In this document: piece by piece, positions 26,840 through 40,062 of the stretch
Position numbering within the stretch: position 1 is the first letter of the stretch
Layout of the letters: every line of letters starts with the position of its first letter
Assembly: GCA_964016885.1 (NCBI GenBank)
Contig: OZ024764.1
Location: forward strand, 15,562,001-15,626,000
Source of the DNA: Eledone cirrhosa
Lineage: Eukaryota
DNA length: 64,000 nt
Direction: 5' to 3'
Notes under the pieces: model-generated
Told to the model about the DNA's origin: nothing
Seen by the model: the letters and a program-made list of their open reading frames with translations, nothing else
Database searches by the model: none
Translations under genes and position numbers: made by a program

Positions 26840-26982
26840 AAGGCACATGACTTAGTGGTTAGAGCATTAGGCTTGCAATCAAAAGGTTGCGAGTTCAATT
26901 CTCAGACCGGGTGATGTGTTGTTTCCTTGAGCAAGTCACTTTATTTCACATTGCTCCAGTTTACCCAGCTGTAGAAATGAGA
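26837..26982 (+). mobile_element. tRNA-derived CORE-like SINE, 5' part
   Basis: A box (tagtggttag), B box (gagttcaattc) and ccttgagcaagtcacttt core. Confidence 0.8.
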
Positions 26983-27827
26983 TGATAGGGACTGGGGTCC
27001 CTATCATTCCACTGCAAAGTAGTCGTGGAGGTGCCACGGCAAAAAAGCACCCAGCACTCACTGTAAATGAGGTTGGTGTTAGGAAGGGCATCCAGCTGTA
27101 GAAATCAAGCCAGAATCAGTTCCCGTCCCACCCTTGCAAGCAAGGAAAAAGTGGACGTAAAATGAAATGATGAAATGATATATATATATAAATAAATATA
27201 TCATCTTTGTCGTTTAGCGTCAATCTTCCACGCTAGCATGGGTTAGAAAGGGACTGTCCCACTTGAAGCAAGATTCATCAGGTGACCGTGACTCGCTCGT
27301 ATCTGGCAGGTTATCTACAGCTGGATGCCCTTCCTAACACCAACCACATTTACAGTGTGGGCTGGGAACTTTTTTGTTGTGACACCTACACGACCACTTT
27401 ACAGTGTGGACAGTACTTTTTGTTGTGATGCCTACACGACCCCTTCACATTGTGGACTGGGACCCTTTTTACTGCCTCCTACACGACCCCTTTACAGTGT
27501 GGATTGGGAGCCTTTTTACTGTGTCTCCTACACGACCCCTTCATATTGTGGATTGGGAGCCTTTTTACTGTGTCTCCTACACGACCCCTTTACAGTGTGG
27601 ACTGGGAACTTTTTCTCATGGCACTGGGTGTTCTGTGGTACCAACATAACTTTAGAGAAAGGGTGGTGTTGGTGGGAGGATGGGGTAGTGTGTTGGGGTG
27701 TATTTCTGGTCAAGAGGTGCCTACTGACTGTAGGCTTAACTATGTATGTAAGGGAAGGCGAGATATATATATACACATACATACATACATTAAGTCATTA
27801 TACGCAGATATATATTTTCTATGATTT

Positions 27828-28140
27828 CTCCTTGACACCCTTCGTGTCCTTGACATCCTTCGTGTCCTTGACCTCCTTCGCGTCCTTGACACTATTCATG
27901 TCCTTGACACTAGTCATGTCCTTGACACTGGTTGTGTCAAAGACATGACTAGTGTCAAGGACATTAGTCATGTCCTTGACACTAGTCATGTCTTTGACAT
28001 CCTTCGTGCCTTTGACATTCTTTGTGTTCCTGAGGCCCATTGGGTCCAAAATATCTCATTCTTGAGGTCCCCTTATATCCTTGACATCTCATGTCCTTGA
28101 AGTCCCTAGCATTCTTGAGGTCCCCTTGTGTCCTTGAAGC
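27828..28140. repeat. degenerate 18-bp repeat with a local inversion
   Basis: tccttgacactagtcatg; inverted units at ~27935-27963. Confidence 0.8.
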
Positions 28141-28281
28141 TTCTGCTGTTCTCAACCTCTATTGTGCTGTCATTTGTGTCTGCCTTACTACATATTATTA
28201 GCTGTGATGACACCATTCCATGTGGTAATGAATGGGTTGACACTTTTGTGTCCCCAGATGTCTGGTCTGTCCTCTGTGTTT

Positions 28282-31185
28282 GGCCACTGTCCTCACTGAT
28301 TTGACTGTGGTCACATTACACTGCTGTCTTTGACCACTGTCCTCACTGATTTGACTGTGGTCACATTACACTGCTGTCTTTGACCACTGTCCTCACTGAT
28401 TTGACTGTGGTCACATTACACTGCTGTCTTTGACCACTGTCCTCACTGATTTGACTGTGGTCACATTACACTGCTGTCTTTGACCACTGTCCTCACTGAT
28501 TTGACTGTGGTCACATTACACTGCTGTCTTTGACCACTGTCGTCCTCACTGTATTGACTGTGGTCACATTACACTGCTGTCTTTGACCACTGTCGTCCTC
28601 ACTGTATTGACTGTGGTCACATTACACTGCTGTCTTTGACCACTGTCGTCCTCACTGTATTGACTGTGGTCACATTACACTGCTGTCTTTGACCACTGTC
28701 CTCACTGTATTGACTGTGGTCACATTACACTGCTGTCTTTGACCACTGTCCTCACTGTATTGACTGTGGTCACATTACACTGCTGTCTTTGACCACTGTC
28801 GTCCTCACTGTATTGACTGTGGTCACATTACACTGCTGTCTTTGACCACTGTCGTCCTCACTGTATTGACTGTGGTCACATTACACTGCTGTCTTTGACC
28901 ACTGTCGTCCTCACTGTATTGACTGTGGTCACATTACACTGCTGTCTTTGACCACTGTCGTCCTCACTGTATTGACTGTGGTCACATTACACTGCTGTCT
29001 TTGACCACTGTCCTCACTGTATTGACTGTGGTCACATTACACTGCTGTCTTTGACCACTGTCCTCACTGTATTGACTGTGGTCACATTACACTGCTGTCT
29101 TTGACCACTGTCCTCACTGTATTGACTGTGGTCACATTACACTGCTGTCTTTGACCACTGTCGTCCTCACTGTATTGACTGTGGTCACATTACACTGCTG
29201 TCTTTGACCACTGTCGTCCTCACTGTATTGACTGTGGTCACATTACACTGCTGTCTTTGACCACTGTCGTCCTCACTGTATTGACTGTGGTCACATTACA
29301 CTGCTGTCTTTGACCACTGTCCTCACTGTATTGACTGTGGTCACATTACACTGCTGTCTTTGACCACTGTCGTCCTCACTGTATTGACTGTGGTCACATT
29401 ACACTGCTGTCTTTGACCACTGTCGTCCTCACTGTATTGACTGTGGTCACATTACACTGCTGTCTTTGACCACTGTCGTCCTCACTGTATTGACTGTGGT
29501 CACATTACACTGCTGTCTTTGACCACTGTCCTCACTGATTTGACTGTGGTCACATTACACTGCTGTCTTTGACCACTGTCGTCCTCACTGTATTGACTGT
29601 GGTCACATTACACTGCTGTCTTTGACCACTGTCGTCCTCACTGTATTGACTGTGGTCACATTACACTGCTGTCTTTGACCACTGTCGTCCTCACTGTATT
29701 GACTGTGGTCACATTACACTGCTGTCTTTGACCACTGTCCTCACTGTATTGACTGTGGTCACATTACACTGCTGTCTTTGACCACTGTCCTCACTGTATT
29801 GACTGTGGTCACATTACACTGCTGTCTTTGACCACTGTCGTCCTCACTGTATTGACTGTGGTCACATTACACTGCTGTCTTTGACCACTGTCGTCCTCAC
29901 TGTATTGACTGTGGTCACATTACACTGCTGTCTTTGACCACTGTCGTCCTCACTGTATTGACTGTGGTCACATTACACTGCTGTCTTTGACCACTGTCGT
30001 CCTCACTGTATTGACTGTGGTCACATTACACTGCTGTCTTTGACCACTGTCCTCACTGTATTGACTGTGGTCACATTACACTGCTGTCTTTGACCACTGT
30101 CCTCACTGTATTGACTGTGGTCACATTACACTGCTGTCTTTGACCACTGTCCTCACTGTATTGACTGTGGTCACATTACACTGCTGTCTTTGACCACTGT
30201 CGTCCTCACTGTATTGACTGTGGTCACATTACACTGCTGTCTTTGACCACTGTCGTCCTCACTGTATTGACTGTGGTCACATTACACTGCTGTCTTTGAC
30301 CACTGTCGTCCTCACTGTATTGACTGTGGTCACATTACACTGCTGTCTTTGACCACTGTCCTCACTGTATTGACTGTGGTCACATTACACTGCTGTCTTT
30401 GACCACTGTCGTCCTCACTGTATTGACTGTGGTCACATTACACTGCTGTCTTTGACCACTGTCGTCCTCACTGTATTGACTGTGGTCACATTACACTGCT
30501 GTCTTTGACCACTGTCGTCCTCACTGTATTGACTGTGGTCACATTACACTGCTGTCTTTGACCACTGTCCTCACTGATTTGACTGTGGTCACATTACACT
30601 GCTGTCTTTGACCACTGTCCTCACTGATTTGACTGTGGTCACATTACACTGCTGTCTTTGACCACTGTCGTCCTCACTGTATTGACTGTGGTCACATTAC
30701 ACTGCTGTCTTTGACCACTGTCGTCCTCACTGTATTGACTGTGGTCACATTACACTGCTGTCTTTGACCACTGTCGTCCTCACTGTATTGACTGTGGTCA
30801 CATTACACTGCTGTCTTTGACCACTGTCGTCCTCACTGTATTGACTGTGGTCACATTACACTGCTGTCTTTGACCACTGTCCTCACTGTATTGACTGTGG
30901 TCACATTACACTGCTGTCTTTGACCACTGTCCTCACTGTATTGACTGTGGTCACATTACACTGCTGTCTTTGACCACTGTCCTCACTGTATTGACTGTGG
31001 TCACATTACACTGCTGTCTTTGACCACTGTCGTCCTCACTGTATTGACTGTGGTCACATTACACTGCTGTCTTTGACCACTGTCGTCCTCACTGTATTGA
31101 CTGTGGTCACATTACACTGCTGTCTTTGACCACTGTCGTCCTCACTGTATTGACTGTGGTCACATTACACTGCTGTCTTTGACCA
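28282..31185. repeat. 50/53-bp minisatellite, ~56 copies
   Basis: gaccactgtc(gtc)ctcactgtattgactgtggtcacattacactgctgtcttt. Confidence 0.97.
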
Positions 31186-31502
31186 GGTCATTCTCTTATT
31201 TACTGTATTCAATATATTTCATCTGCCTGTCACCTCTTGCATTATCTCTGTCAACCACTGGTCTCTGTCCTCAGGTATTTTTGTGCACCGCTGTCATTGA
31301 CAGCATTTGGCTGTTTTAAGGGCTGTTCTAGCAATGAATTTTTTAAAAATTAAAATATACTCTCGCTTCAGCTCAATCAGAGACAATGTTTTTTCATATA
31401 ATTATTAGTCTAAAGTATTTTCACTGATTAGGCTTAAAGCATTATTATTATTATTGGTGCTGTGTGTAAACAATTCTATATTTTCGTTTCTATATTTAAC
31501 AG

Positions 31503-31547
31503 ATGGAGGACAGCACAGAATGAGTCATGGAGTTTGTCCCCTCAAAG
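31503..31547 (+). CDS. ATXN2: ATXN2 N-terminal region exon, 45 nt, phase 2-2 (WRTAQNESWSLSPQR)
   Basis: tttaacag acceptor, AAG|gtatgt donor; in frame with 33135. Confidence 0.55.
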
Positions 31548-31757
31548 GTATGTGTCCAAAACATTGTTATTCTACTTACACACCCATATATTATCATGTT
31601 TTTCGTAGTTTTCCTCTACTACCTCTTCCTTCTACTGGCATTTCTTGGCACTTATGGTTTGTTAATTTACAACAGATTAGAAGCACTCTACAGATTTATC
31701 TGGAGTATCAAAAATATTAATATTAATAAATGGAAAATATCTTTACAGAACCATATT

Positions 31758-31818
31758 TATTTTATTATACGTATTTCAAGGGTACTAACATTTAAGTACG
31801 CTTTCGTCAGATAAAATA
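31758..31818 (-). ncRNA. minimal type I hammerhead ribozyme (PLE-type)
   Basis: Reverse complement is near-identical to 57521-57581, with the core intact. Confidence 0.75.
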
Positions 31819-32140
31819 TAACATTTGGTGTAAAGATAACGACATATCTTCAGGTGAACTTAATGGTATAGACTTCGCTCCGTTTAATTGATTATTTGTC
31901 TAGTTAATTTCTACGGGCTAAGAGGAAAGACTGGGTATATTTTATCTGACTGTTCCTCACAGAGGAAAATCTGGAACATTTATGTTATTTCTTGGAAGTT
32001 ACATTTTAAACTTGGCTCTGTTTAAATGATTATTTATCTAGTTGATTTCTATGGACTAGGGTGAAGAAAAATTGGGTATATTTTATCTAACTGCTCTTCA
32101 AACTTGCAATTTTATTTATTATATATATATATATATATAT

Positions 32141-32336
32141 AGGAACAAGTATGACCCCGACGGCAGAGCTCAAGCCGTTTCGACGGCTATTTCTGGACGT
32201 CCAAAAATAGCCGTCGAAACGGCTTGAGCTCTGCTGTTGGGGTCATACTTGTTCTTATTACCTACTCTACTACCCTAAGTATTGAGTACTTTGGTGCATT
32301 ATGGTCCATCTGGTTCCTTACCACAATTCCTTCGTT
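32141..32336 (+). mobile_element. PLE-like terminal fragment with palindrome (same family as 13102)
   Basis: gtatgaccccgacggcagagctc...ggggtcatac hairpin, then ctactaccctaagtattgagtact. Confidence 0.6.
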
Positions 32337-32592
32337 ATATATATATATATATATATTAAGACATGGATTATTAAAACAAGACTTTGTATCATTTCACTAG
32401 ACTAATTGGGACTGGAAAAATAGCCCATCAGTAGAATATTTATGTATGTGTGTGTGTATTTATATAAGTGTGTGTGTGAAATTATAACACTACAGTAAAT
32501 GTAAGTTATCCATTAGAGTCCATTGGGGTAAATATTGAACTGTTTATTAACCTTTATGTTGTGGACTTTAAAATCATATTTCAATTTCATTA

Positions 32593-32780
32593 GCAGTGAA
32601 TTGGCAGTATCGGTAGAGGGTTGGACGCCATGCTTTCTAGCATAGTTACGTCCCTTTACAGTCTGAGTTCAAATCCCGCCGAGGTTAACTTTGCCTTTCA
32701 TCCTTACGGGGTCGATAAAATAAAGTACCAGTAATGTACTGGGTAATTGCTGGCCTTGTGCCTAAAGTAGAAACAATTAT
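32593..32780 (+). mobile_element. tRNA-derived SINE (Meta-like central domain)
   Basis: B box gagttcaaatccc, then gcctttcatccttacggggtcgataaaataaagtaccag. Confidence 0.75.
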
Positions 32781-32795
32781 ATAAATATATATATA

Positions 32796-33109
32796 CAAGC
32801 CAAATTACCCGCGCCTTGCTGCGTTTCACACATTTTTTTTGTAAGAAAATGATTGATTTTAAATCAGTGATATAATTTATGGAGAAAAACTCTGCATTTC
32901 AATATTACTCAATGTAAAATGTAATGCATGAAAAACTGGAAAATGTTATTTTTTGTAATATATCAAATTAAAATTACATTATTAAATATTCTTATTTTGT
33001 TTCTTGTAAATAATTTTTTTCAAAATATCAATTCAAGACTTTTGTGAATAGGCATCATATCTTGTCATTTACCTATGGTTAAAATTTTATACAACTTTAT
33101 ATATATAGA
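32796..33109 (-). mobile_element. non-autonomous Helitron-like element
   Basis: Minus strand starts TCTATATATATAAAG and ends CGCAGCAAGGCGCGGGTAATTTGGCTTG (subterminal GC hairpin; CTAG decayed to CTTG); inserted between A and T. Confidence 0.55.
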
Positions 33110-33134
33110 TATATATGAAATATTTTTTTTGTAG

Positions 33135-33174
33135 AGGAAATCCTCCATCGAACCAATCAAGAAATCCTGCTGTC
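33135..33174 (+). CDS. ATXN2: ATXN2 exon (GNPPSNQSRNPAV)
   Basis: ttttttttgtag acceptor, GTC|gtaagt donor; phase 2-0 fits neighbours. Confidence 0.7.
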
Positions 33175-33752
33175 GTAAGTGTCTTTATATAGGTCGGGTG
33201 GTGGTGGTGTGGTGTCTAATGAGAAGGAAAGTGTGGTTGAAACTGAGGGGGTTGGTGTGGTGTCTAATGTGGAGGGCAGTTGGGTTGAAACTGAGAGGCT
33301 TGGTGTGGTGTCTAATAAGGAGGGCAGTTGGGTTGAAACTGAGAGTTGGTGTGATGGAGGCAGTGTCTAATGAGAAGGGCAGTGTGGCGGTGGTGTAGTT
33401 GTCGTGGCTGTGTTGTAGTTGTGGTGGTGTAGTTGTGGTGGCTGTGTTGTAGTTGTGGTGGTGTAGTTGTGGTGGCTGTGTTGTAGTAGTGGTGGTGGTG
33501 TAGTTGTGGTGGCTGTGTTGTAGTGGTGGTGGTGTAGTTGTGGTGGCTGTGTTGTAGTGATGGTGGTGTAGTGGTGGTGGCTGTGTTGTAGTGGTGGTGG
33601 TGTAGTTGTAGTGGTGGTGGTGTAGTTGTGGTGGCTGTGTTGTAGTGGTGGTGGTGGTGTAGTTGTGGTGGCTGTGTTGTAGTGATGGTGGTGTAGTGGT
33701 GGTGGCTGTGTTGTAGTTGTTGAATTTATTTTAATTTTACCTTCTGTTCCAG

Positions 33753-33791
33753 GACTCGTTAAAGTTTGGCAAAATGAGGCCATCTCCTGAT
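33753..33791 (+). CDS. ATXN2: ATXN2 exon (DSLKFGKMRPSPD)
   Basis: cttctgttccag acceptor, GAT|gtaagt donor; phase 0-0. Confidence 0.75.
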
Positions 33792-33819
33792 GTAAGTATT
33801 TTACCTCCCCATCTCCTCC

Positions 33820-34915
33820 AGTCACATATCCCTGGGGGTGGGGTCGCCTCTAGTCACATATCTCTGGGAGTGGGGTTGCCCCCCAGTCACACATCCCTGG
33901 AGTGGGGTCACCTCAGTCAGACATCCCTCCGGTTGGGTCACCCTAGTCACACATCCCTGGGGGTGAGATCACCCCAATTACACATCCCCTGGAGTGGGGC
34001 CACCCCAGTCATGCTTCCTTGGGTGTGAGGTCACCCCAAACGCACATCCCTGGGGGTGAAGTCATACTACTTTCACCCCAAACACACATCCCTGGGGCTG
34101 AAGTCATACTACTTTCACCCCAAACACACATCCCTGGGGGTGAAGTCATACTACTTTCACCCCAAACACACATCCTTGGGGGTGAAGTCATACTACTTTC
34201 ACCCCAAACACACATCCCTGGGGGTGAAGTCATACTATTTTCACCCCAAACACATCCCTGGGGGTCGTGTCACACTACCATTCCAATCACACTTCCCTGG
34301 GGGTCGTGTCACACTACCATTCCAATCACACTTCCCTGGGGGTCGTGTCACACTACCATTCCAATCACACTTCCCTGGGGGTCGTGTCACACTACCATTC
34401 CAATCACACTTCCCTGGGGGTCGTGTCACACTACCATTCCAATCACACTTCCCTGGGGGTCGTGTCACACTACCATTCCAATCACACTTCCCCAGGGGTC
34501 GTGTCACACTACCATTCCAATCACACTTCCCTGGGGGTCGTGTCACACTACCATTCCAATCACACTTCCCTGGGGGTCGTGTCACACTACCATTCCAATC
34601 ACACTTCCCTGGGGGTCGTGTCACACTACCATTCCAATCACACTTCCCTGGGGGTCGTGTCACACTACCATTCCAATCACACTTCCCTGGGGGTCGTGTC
34701 ACACTACCATTCCAATCACACTTCCCTGGGGGTCGTGTCACACTACCATTCCAATCACACATCCCTGAGAGTGGTGTCACACTACCATTCCAATCACACT
34801 TCCCTGGGGGTCGTGTCACACTACCATTCCAATCACACTTCCCTGGGGGTCGTGTCACACTACCATTCCAATCACACTTGCCTGGGGGTCACCATACTTT
34901 CACCCCAATCACACA
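33820..34915. repeat. graded minisatellite (~30, 42, then 39-bp units) filling an ATXN2 intron
   Basis: Shared cacatccctgggg core; 39-bp unit at 34255-34890. Confidence 0.93.
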
Positions 34916-34956
34916 CTTATTTTTTATTTTAATGAGTATATATATTTATCTTACAG

Positions 34957-35010
34957 AATGATGGTGTGTATAATAATAGCCGGTATATATATGTTGGAGT
35001 CTGTTTACTA
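34957..35010 (+). CDS. ATXN2: ATXN2 exon, start of Lsm domain (NDGVYNNSRYIYVGVCLL)
   Basis: tcttacag acceptor, gtaagt donor; GVYNNSR is characteristic of ATXN2/ATXN2L. Confidence 0.92.
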
Positions 35011-35771
35011 GTAAGTATATATACACCTCCTTCTACTCTATAGTAGGGTTATGTCTATATGTGAGTGTGTGTGTGTGTGTATATATGTCATCATCATCAT
35101 CATCATTTAACATCTATCTTCCACGCTAGCATGGGTTAGACAGGAATTGTCCCACTTGAGGCAAGGTTGGTCGGGTGACCGTGTCTCGCTCGTATAGGAC
35201 TGTCTGGCAGGTTTTCTACGGCTGGATGCCCTTCCTAACACCAAACCACATTTACAGTGTGGACTGGGAGGTTTTTACCGTGTTACCTACACGGCCACAT
35301 TACAGTGTGGACTGTGTGTTTTTTGTCGTGATATCTACACGACCTCATTAGTTTCGGTCTGGATGTTGTGGTACCAACATAACTTTACAGAGAAAGGGGT
35401 GGTGTTGGTGGGAGTGGGGGTAGTAGGTTGGTGTGTATGTTTGGTTAAGAGGTGCCTACTGACTGTAGGTTAACTTTGTACATAGGCAAGGCGGGTCTTC
35501 TGTTAGTGCTACTGGTAACATGTAACCCAATACAACCTGTCTCATGGTCAGGTCATCGGCGACTAAACTGGCAACCCCACCAAGCTAGCTTGGAGAGCAG
35601 GGTGATATTTGGACACCTTGAGGGATGAAATACAAGACCCGGAGGAACTCAGCAGAGTCAACGGCCATCCAAATAGTATTTTTTTTTGTTTTTTTTCCCA
35701 CCTAGGATTGAGAGACCCCCAATTGTTGTCACACCTTTCTAGGGGAGGAAACTCTGAAAAAAAACATGGGA

Positions 35772-36047
35772 TAGTGGTGGGCTCTGTAAGCCACTATAAA
35801 GCTACAGGGGGTAGTGTTGGGCTCTGTAAGTCACTGTATAAGACTACAGGGGGTAGCGGTGGGGTCTGTAAGTCTCTGTATAAGACTACAAGGGGTAGTG
35901 GTGGGTTCTGTAAGTCACTGTATAAGACTACAGGGGGTAGCGGTGGGCTCTGTAAGTCTCTGTATAAGACTACAGGGGGTAATGGTGGGTTCTGTAAGTC
36001 TCTGTGTAAGACTACAGGGGCTAGTGGTGGGTTCTATAGGTCACAGT
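35772..36047. repeat. 42-bp minisatellite, ~6 copies
   Basis: ctgtaagtcactgtataagactacagggggtagtggtgggct. Confidence 0.9.
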
Positions 36048-36414
36048 AGAGACAGCCTGTCTTGGGGAGCAGTCACTGTGAATAGGAATTGATACAGGTT
36101 GGTGGGGACTCTTGTGTCCAGTATGACAACCTCACTAGCGGTGGTGGCATAAAGAATGCACTCGGTCCATGTTGTGAAGTGGTTGCTGGTAGGAATGGCC
36201 TCCATCTAGAAAAAATTGCCAAAATATGAAAAGTACAGCATAAAAATCTCACTAATTGTAAATATACGTCTAAGACTAGTCATGGTAGTGGGGTGGCCAG
36301 AGTAGCTATGTCCGAGAACCCCTCAACTGTGGTCAAGCAATCGCACACCTTTATTCTCTCCCAGGTATAAAGAAGGAATACTAAAGGACATAATAATCTG
36401 TCGGGTAACACACC

Positions 36415-36780
36415 TCATGGCTGCCACCCTCAATGTTAACACATTGAAAGGTAGATCTGAAGAAAGTGTAGTGTTGCTTGTGCAGTAAAGGGTGGTGTGT
36501 GCTGTGTTGAGGAAGTTAGATGGAGGGGTACATCAACAAGCAAACAACATAGATAGCAACTCTTTAGGGTAGGAAATGATGATGTCGTTGCTGGAGAAGG
36601 TATACTATCAGCTGAGAAGTAGGTAGATAAGGGAACTGAAGTAGTTAGCGGGACAGAATTATCGAGCTCAGAATAGTCGTATGGCAACAGTTATCTCTAG
36701 CTAGGTACTGGCTGGACTGAGCAAGGAAGAAAAGAACTGCTTTTATGAAGAACTTCTCCAGACAACCTTATCCAAAGAAG
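36415..36780 (+). mobile_element. decayed RTE apurinic endonuclease fragment
   Basis: ATLNVNTLKGRSEE...CCVEEVRWRG, with stops and frameshifts. Confidence 0.65.
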
Positions 36781-37230
36781 AATTCGCAGCCCAACATAAG
36801 TTAGTTACTAGTGACATTAGAATAAGTACAAGACAGAACAAGGTGGAAGAAAGTTTTGAAGATAAAGGACCTCTCATATGATAAGAGGGGAGACAAGTTA
36901 GACACTTATAACATAGAGGACAGTTGGAAGTTCTTATGTGACAACCTACTGCAGACTACTGATAATGTTTGTGGCCAGGGAAAAGTACCAGCCAGACAGG
37001 GGGTGACTTTGAGCTAGAGCAAAGAATCAGCCAGACTGAGGGTGACCTTATATTCAGACACAGTCTATCTAGGACTACATTATGTAATGTGTCCTGTCTT
37101 ATATACAGACACAGTGTACCTAGGACTACATTATCCAATGTGTCCTGTCTTTTATACTCCAGATCAGCCTAGTCGAAGTAGGCCCTTGTGCTAGACATAG
37201 CAACCAATTTAACTCTCTCTCTCTTTACAG

Positions 37231-37302
37231 GGCAATCCAGTCAGTATCCAAGTAAAGAATGGCAATGTGTATGAAGGTGTTTTACTCACATTTTCGCATA
37301 AG
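37231..37302 (+). CDS. ATXN2: ATXN2 Lsm exon (GNPVSIQVKNGNVYEGVLLTFSHK)
   Basis: ctctttacag acceptor, AAG|gtaagt donor; Sm1-type VKNG.YEG motif. Confidence 0.95.
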
Positions 37303-37344
37303 GTAAGTTTTATAGACTTGAATGTAAAAACATAGTGTGTGTGT

Positions 37345-37795
37345 GTGTGCCTGTGTGAGGTGCGCAGTGCTGCATGGTAGTGAGACATGGGCAGCAACTG
37401 CAGAGGATATGCGACGGCTGGAGAGAAATAAAGCAAGCATGCTCCGATGGATGTGCAATGTCAATGTGTGTGAACGACCAAGCATAGACGAGTTGAGAGA
37501 GAAACTGTATAAGAGGGATAAATTGTAGTGTGTGGGAGAGAAGACTGCATTGGTTTGGCCATGTGATGTGCATGGAGGATGACCGCTGGGTAAAGAAGTG
37601 CCAAGAAAAAGCCAGTGGAAGGAAGACGCAGTAGAGGAAGACCACGAAAATCATGGGCAGAGGTGGTGAGAGCAGACCTCAGATCACTGTAGCTCACAGA
37701 GGAGATGACGAAGGACCGTGACAAGTGGAGAGATGCTGTGCTGAATAGGATGCGTCCCACTCTTGTAAGCAGGGAAAAGCGGATGTAAAATGATG

Positions 37796-37797
<2 letters not shown>
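37345..37797 (+). mobile_element. RTE LINE 3' fragment
   Basis: VLHGSETWA...RRLERNKASMLRWMC...GRPRKSW; ATG tail. Confidence 0.88.
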
Positions 37798-37831
<34 letters not shown>

Positions 37832-37835
37832 ATGT

Positions 37836-37995
37836 GAAAGGTAAACAGAAATAACAACACGGTCGGTACAGTATATGGAAGGAATATATTGGTTTAATGT
37901 TTGATATAGCAGGAAGTGGGTTTTAAGGAGGTTTCGGACGCTAGTACTTCATCAGAAGAGAGAATGAAAAATTAGAAAGAAGGGATGGGCATGGT
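37836..37995 (-). mobile_element. PLE-like terminal repeat fragment with a decayed hammerhead (37931-37959)
   Basis: Homologous to 58425-58570 (gtaaacagaaataac...gtacagtatatggaagg); contains CTGATGAAGTACTAGCGTCCGAAAC on the minus strand. Confidence 0.55.
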
Positions 37996-38481
37996 GGGAT
38001 CGGAAAAAATGCTTTTAGAGAAAAATAACAGGTCCATTCATGTTGCCATCTCTTGGAAAACTGTTGATGCTGGCGTCTTGCATATGATATACTTTTTTTT
38101 TTAGAAAAGTGGATGATGGAGCATGTCTACCTGGAATGCAAAAAAAAAAACGTTTTGTATATAGAGCTATACCTGTGTACGCGTGTGTGTATACTTATAT
38201 ATATATAAATATATATATATATATAATTAAAACAATGTTGTCTGATTGAGAGGAAGCGAGGGTGTATTTGATTGACTACATAGAAAAATGGGAAAACTGA
38301 TCGCTAGAACAGCCGTTAAAACAGCTAAATGCTGTCAAAGACAGGGGTGGGCAAAAATGCCTCGGGGGGTGGACAGTGACCAGCAGCCAGTGGTCAATAA
38401 AGAGTCAATTCCACAAGGTGGGTGACAGGCAGATGAAATATAGAAAGATTGAAAGAGGAAGAAAGCTGTCTGGAACATATA

Positions 38482-39205
38482 CAGGGCGGTCGCTAGAAAA
38501 GCGGAAAATTTGTCAAACTGCGATTTATTTTTACAAAGACTGAGACTGATGTTACAAAGCTTTACTTTCACAAATACTCAATGTCGCCCGTGCACTTCAT
38601 GACAGCGTCTTAACCTGGAAATCCAAGCTCGGGTGGCGTTTTGAAGGATAACTTGTGGGATATTATCCCAAGCTTGGGTGGCGTTTTGAAGGGTAACCTG
38701 TGGGATATTATCCCAAGCTCGGGTGGCGTTTTGAAGGGTAACTTGTTGGATATTACCCGAAGCTCGGGTGGTGTTTTGAAGGGTAACTTGTTGGATATCA
38801 TTCCATGCTCGGTGGCATTTTGAAGGGTAACTTGTGGGATATTACCCCAAGCACGTTTTCAAATCATCCATGACATCCATGTTACGTTGATATTTCTGAG
38901 TCTCTGTTAATAACAAGCTCCAAACACAGTAATCCATGACATTGAAGTTGGGACTTATTGAGGGCCAATCTTCATGTGCAATGACATGAGGAGTAGATTG
39001 CTGAAGAAATTGAATTGTAGCCCTTGCTGTGTGAGCATTTGCACCATCCTGCTGCCACGTCCATGACACTCGTTATATCACGGAACATCTGTGGATACGT
39101 CTCCTCATTCGACAACAAAAGAACCAATCAAAAGCCATCAATCACAGATTTTATTGATGATCTAATCTGACCTTCAAATTTTCCGCTTTTCCAGCGACTA
39201 CCCTG
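38482..39205 (-). mobile_element. internally deleted Tc1/mariner-superfamily transposon
   Basis: ~30-bp TIRs (CAGGGCGGTCGCTAGAAAAGCGGAAAATTT) with TA TSD; QQDGANAHTA and WPSISPNFNVMDY motifs; internal ~45-bp tandem repeat at 38620-38850. Confidence 0.9.
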
Positions 39206-39331
39206 TATTTTTCCTGACACTTGTACATTATTATTCTATGTACTATACATGCACCTTTGATGAGTTGTAGTGCACCTGAGCACTGTACACAATAATTTCA
39301 TTATTATATATATATATATCTTTCTCTCTAG

Positions 39332-39497
39332 ATGGACATTGTGTTGGCAATGGCACATAAAGTTGATGACAGGTTGAATCCCAACTGTAATTCCGTGATT
39401 CCAAATAAGGAGAATATTATTGACAACTTGATAATAAAATCTTCAGAGATTGTCAAATTAGAAGCTAAGAACGTTGATTTGGAGTATGCTGTCAAAG
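39332..39497 (+). CDS. ATXN2: ATXN2 Lsm exon (MDIVLAMAHK...NVDLEYAVK)
   Basis: tttctctctag acceptor, AAG|gtaggt donor; phase 0-1. Confidence 0.95.
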
Positions 39498-39506
39498 GTA
39501 GGTATT

Positions 39507-40062
39507 GTCTATCTAGGACTACATTGTCTAAGGTGTTCTTATTTGCTTACTTGTTGTTGTTGTGTCCTGTCTTATATACAGACACAGTCTACCTAGGACT
39601 ACATTATCTAATGTCCTGTCTTATATACAGACACAGTGTATCTAGGACTACATTATCTAATGTGTCCTGTCTTATATACAGACACAGTGTATCTAGGACT
39701 ACACTATCTAATGTGTCCTGTCTTATATACAGACACAGTGTATCTAGGACTACATTATCTAATGTGTCCTGTCTTATATACAGATACAGTGTATCTAGGA
39801 CTACACTATCTAATGTGTCCTGTCTTATATACAGACACAGTGTATCTAGGACTACATTATCTAATGTGTCCTGTCTTATATACAGACACAGTGTATCTAG
39901 GACTACATTATCTAATGTGTCCTGTCTTATATACAGACACAGTATACCTAGGACTACATTATCTAATGTGTCCTGTCTTATATACAGACACAGTGTACCT
40001 AGGACTACATTATCTAATGTGTCCCGTCTTTTATACAGACACAGTGTACCTAGGACTACATT
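39507..40062. repeat. 51-bp satellite, block 2
   Basis: acagacacagtgtatctaggactacattatctaatgtgtcctgtcttatat; block 1 is two copies at 37048-37157. Confidence 0.95.

Noticed and set aside
26837-26910. tRNA gene
   Set aside because: A/B boxes are present but there is no cloverleaf; it continues into a SINE body.
35510-35760. HDV-like ribozyme at a possible RTE 5' region
   Set aside because: The nested double-pseudoknot helices could not be assigned by eye.
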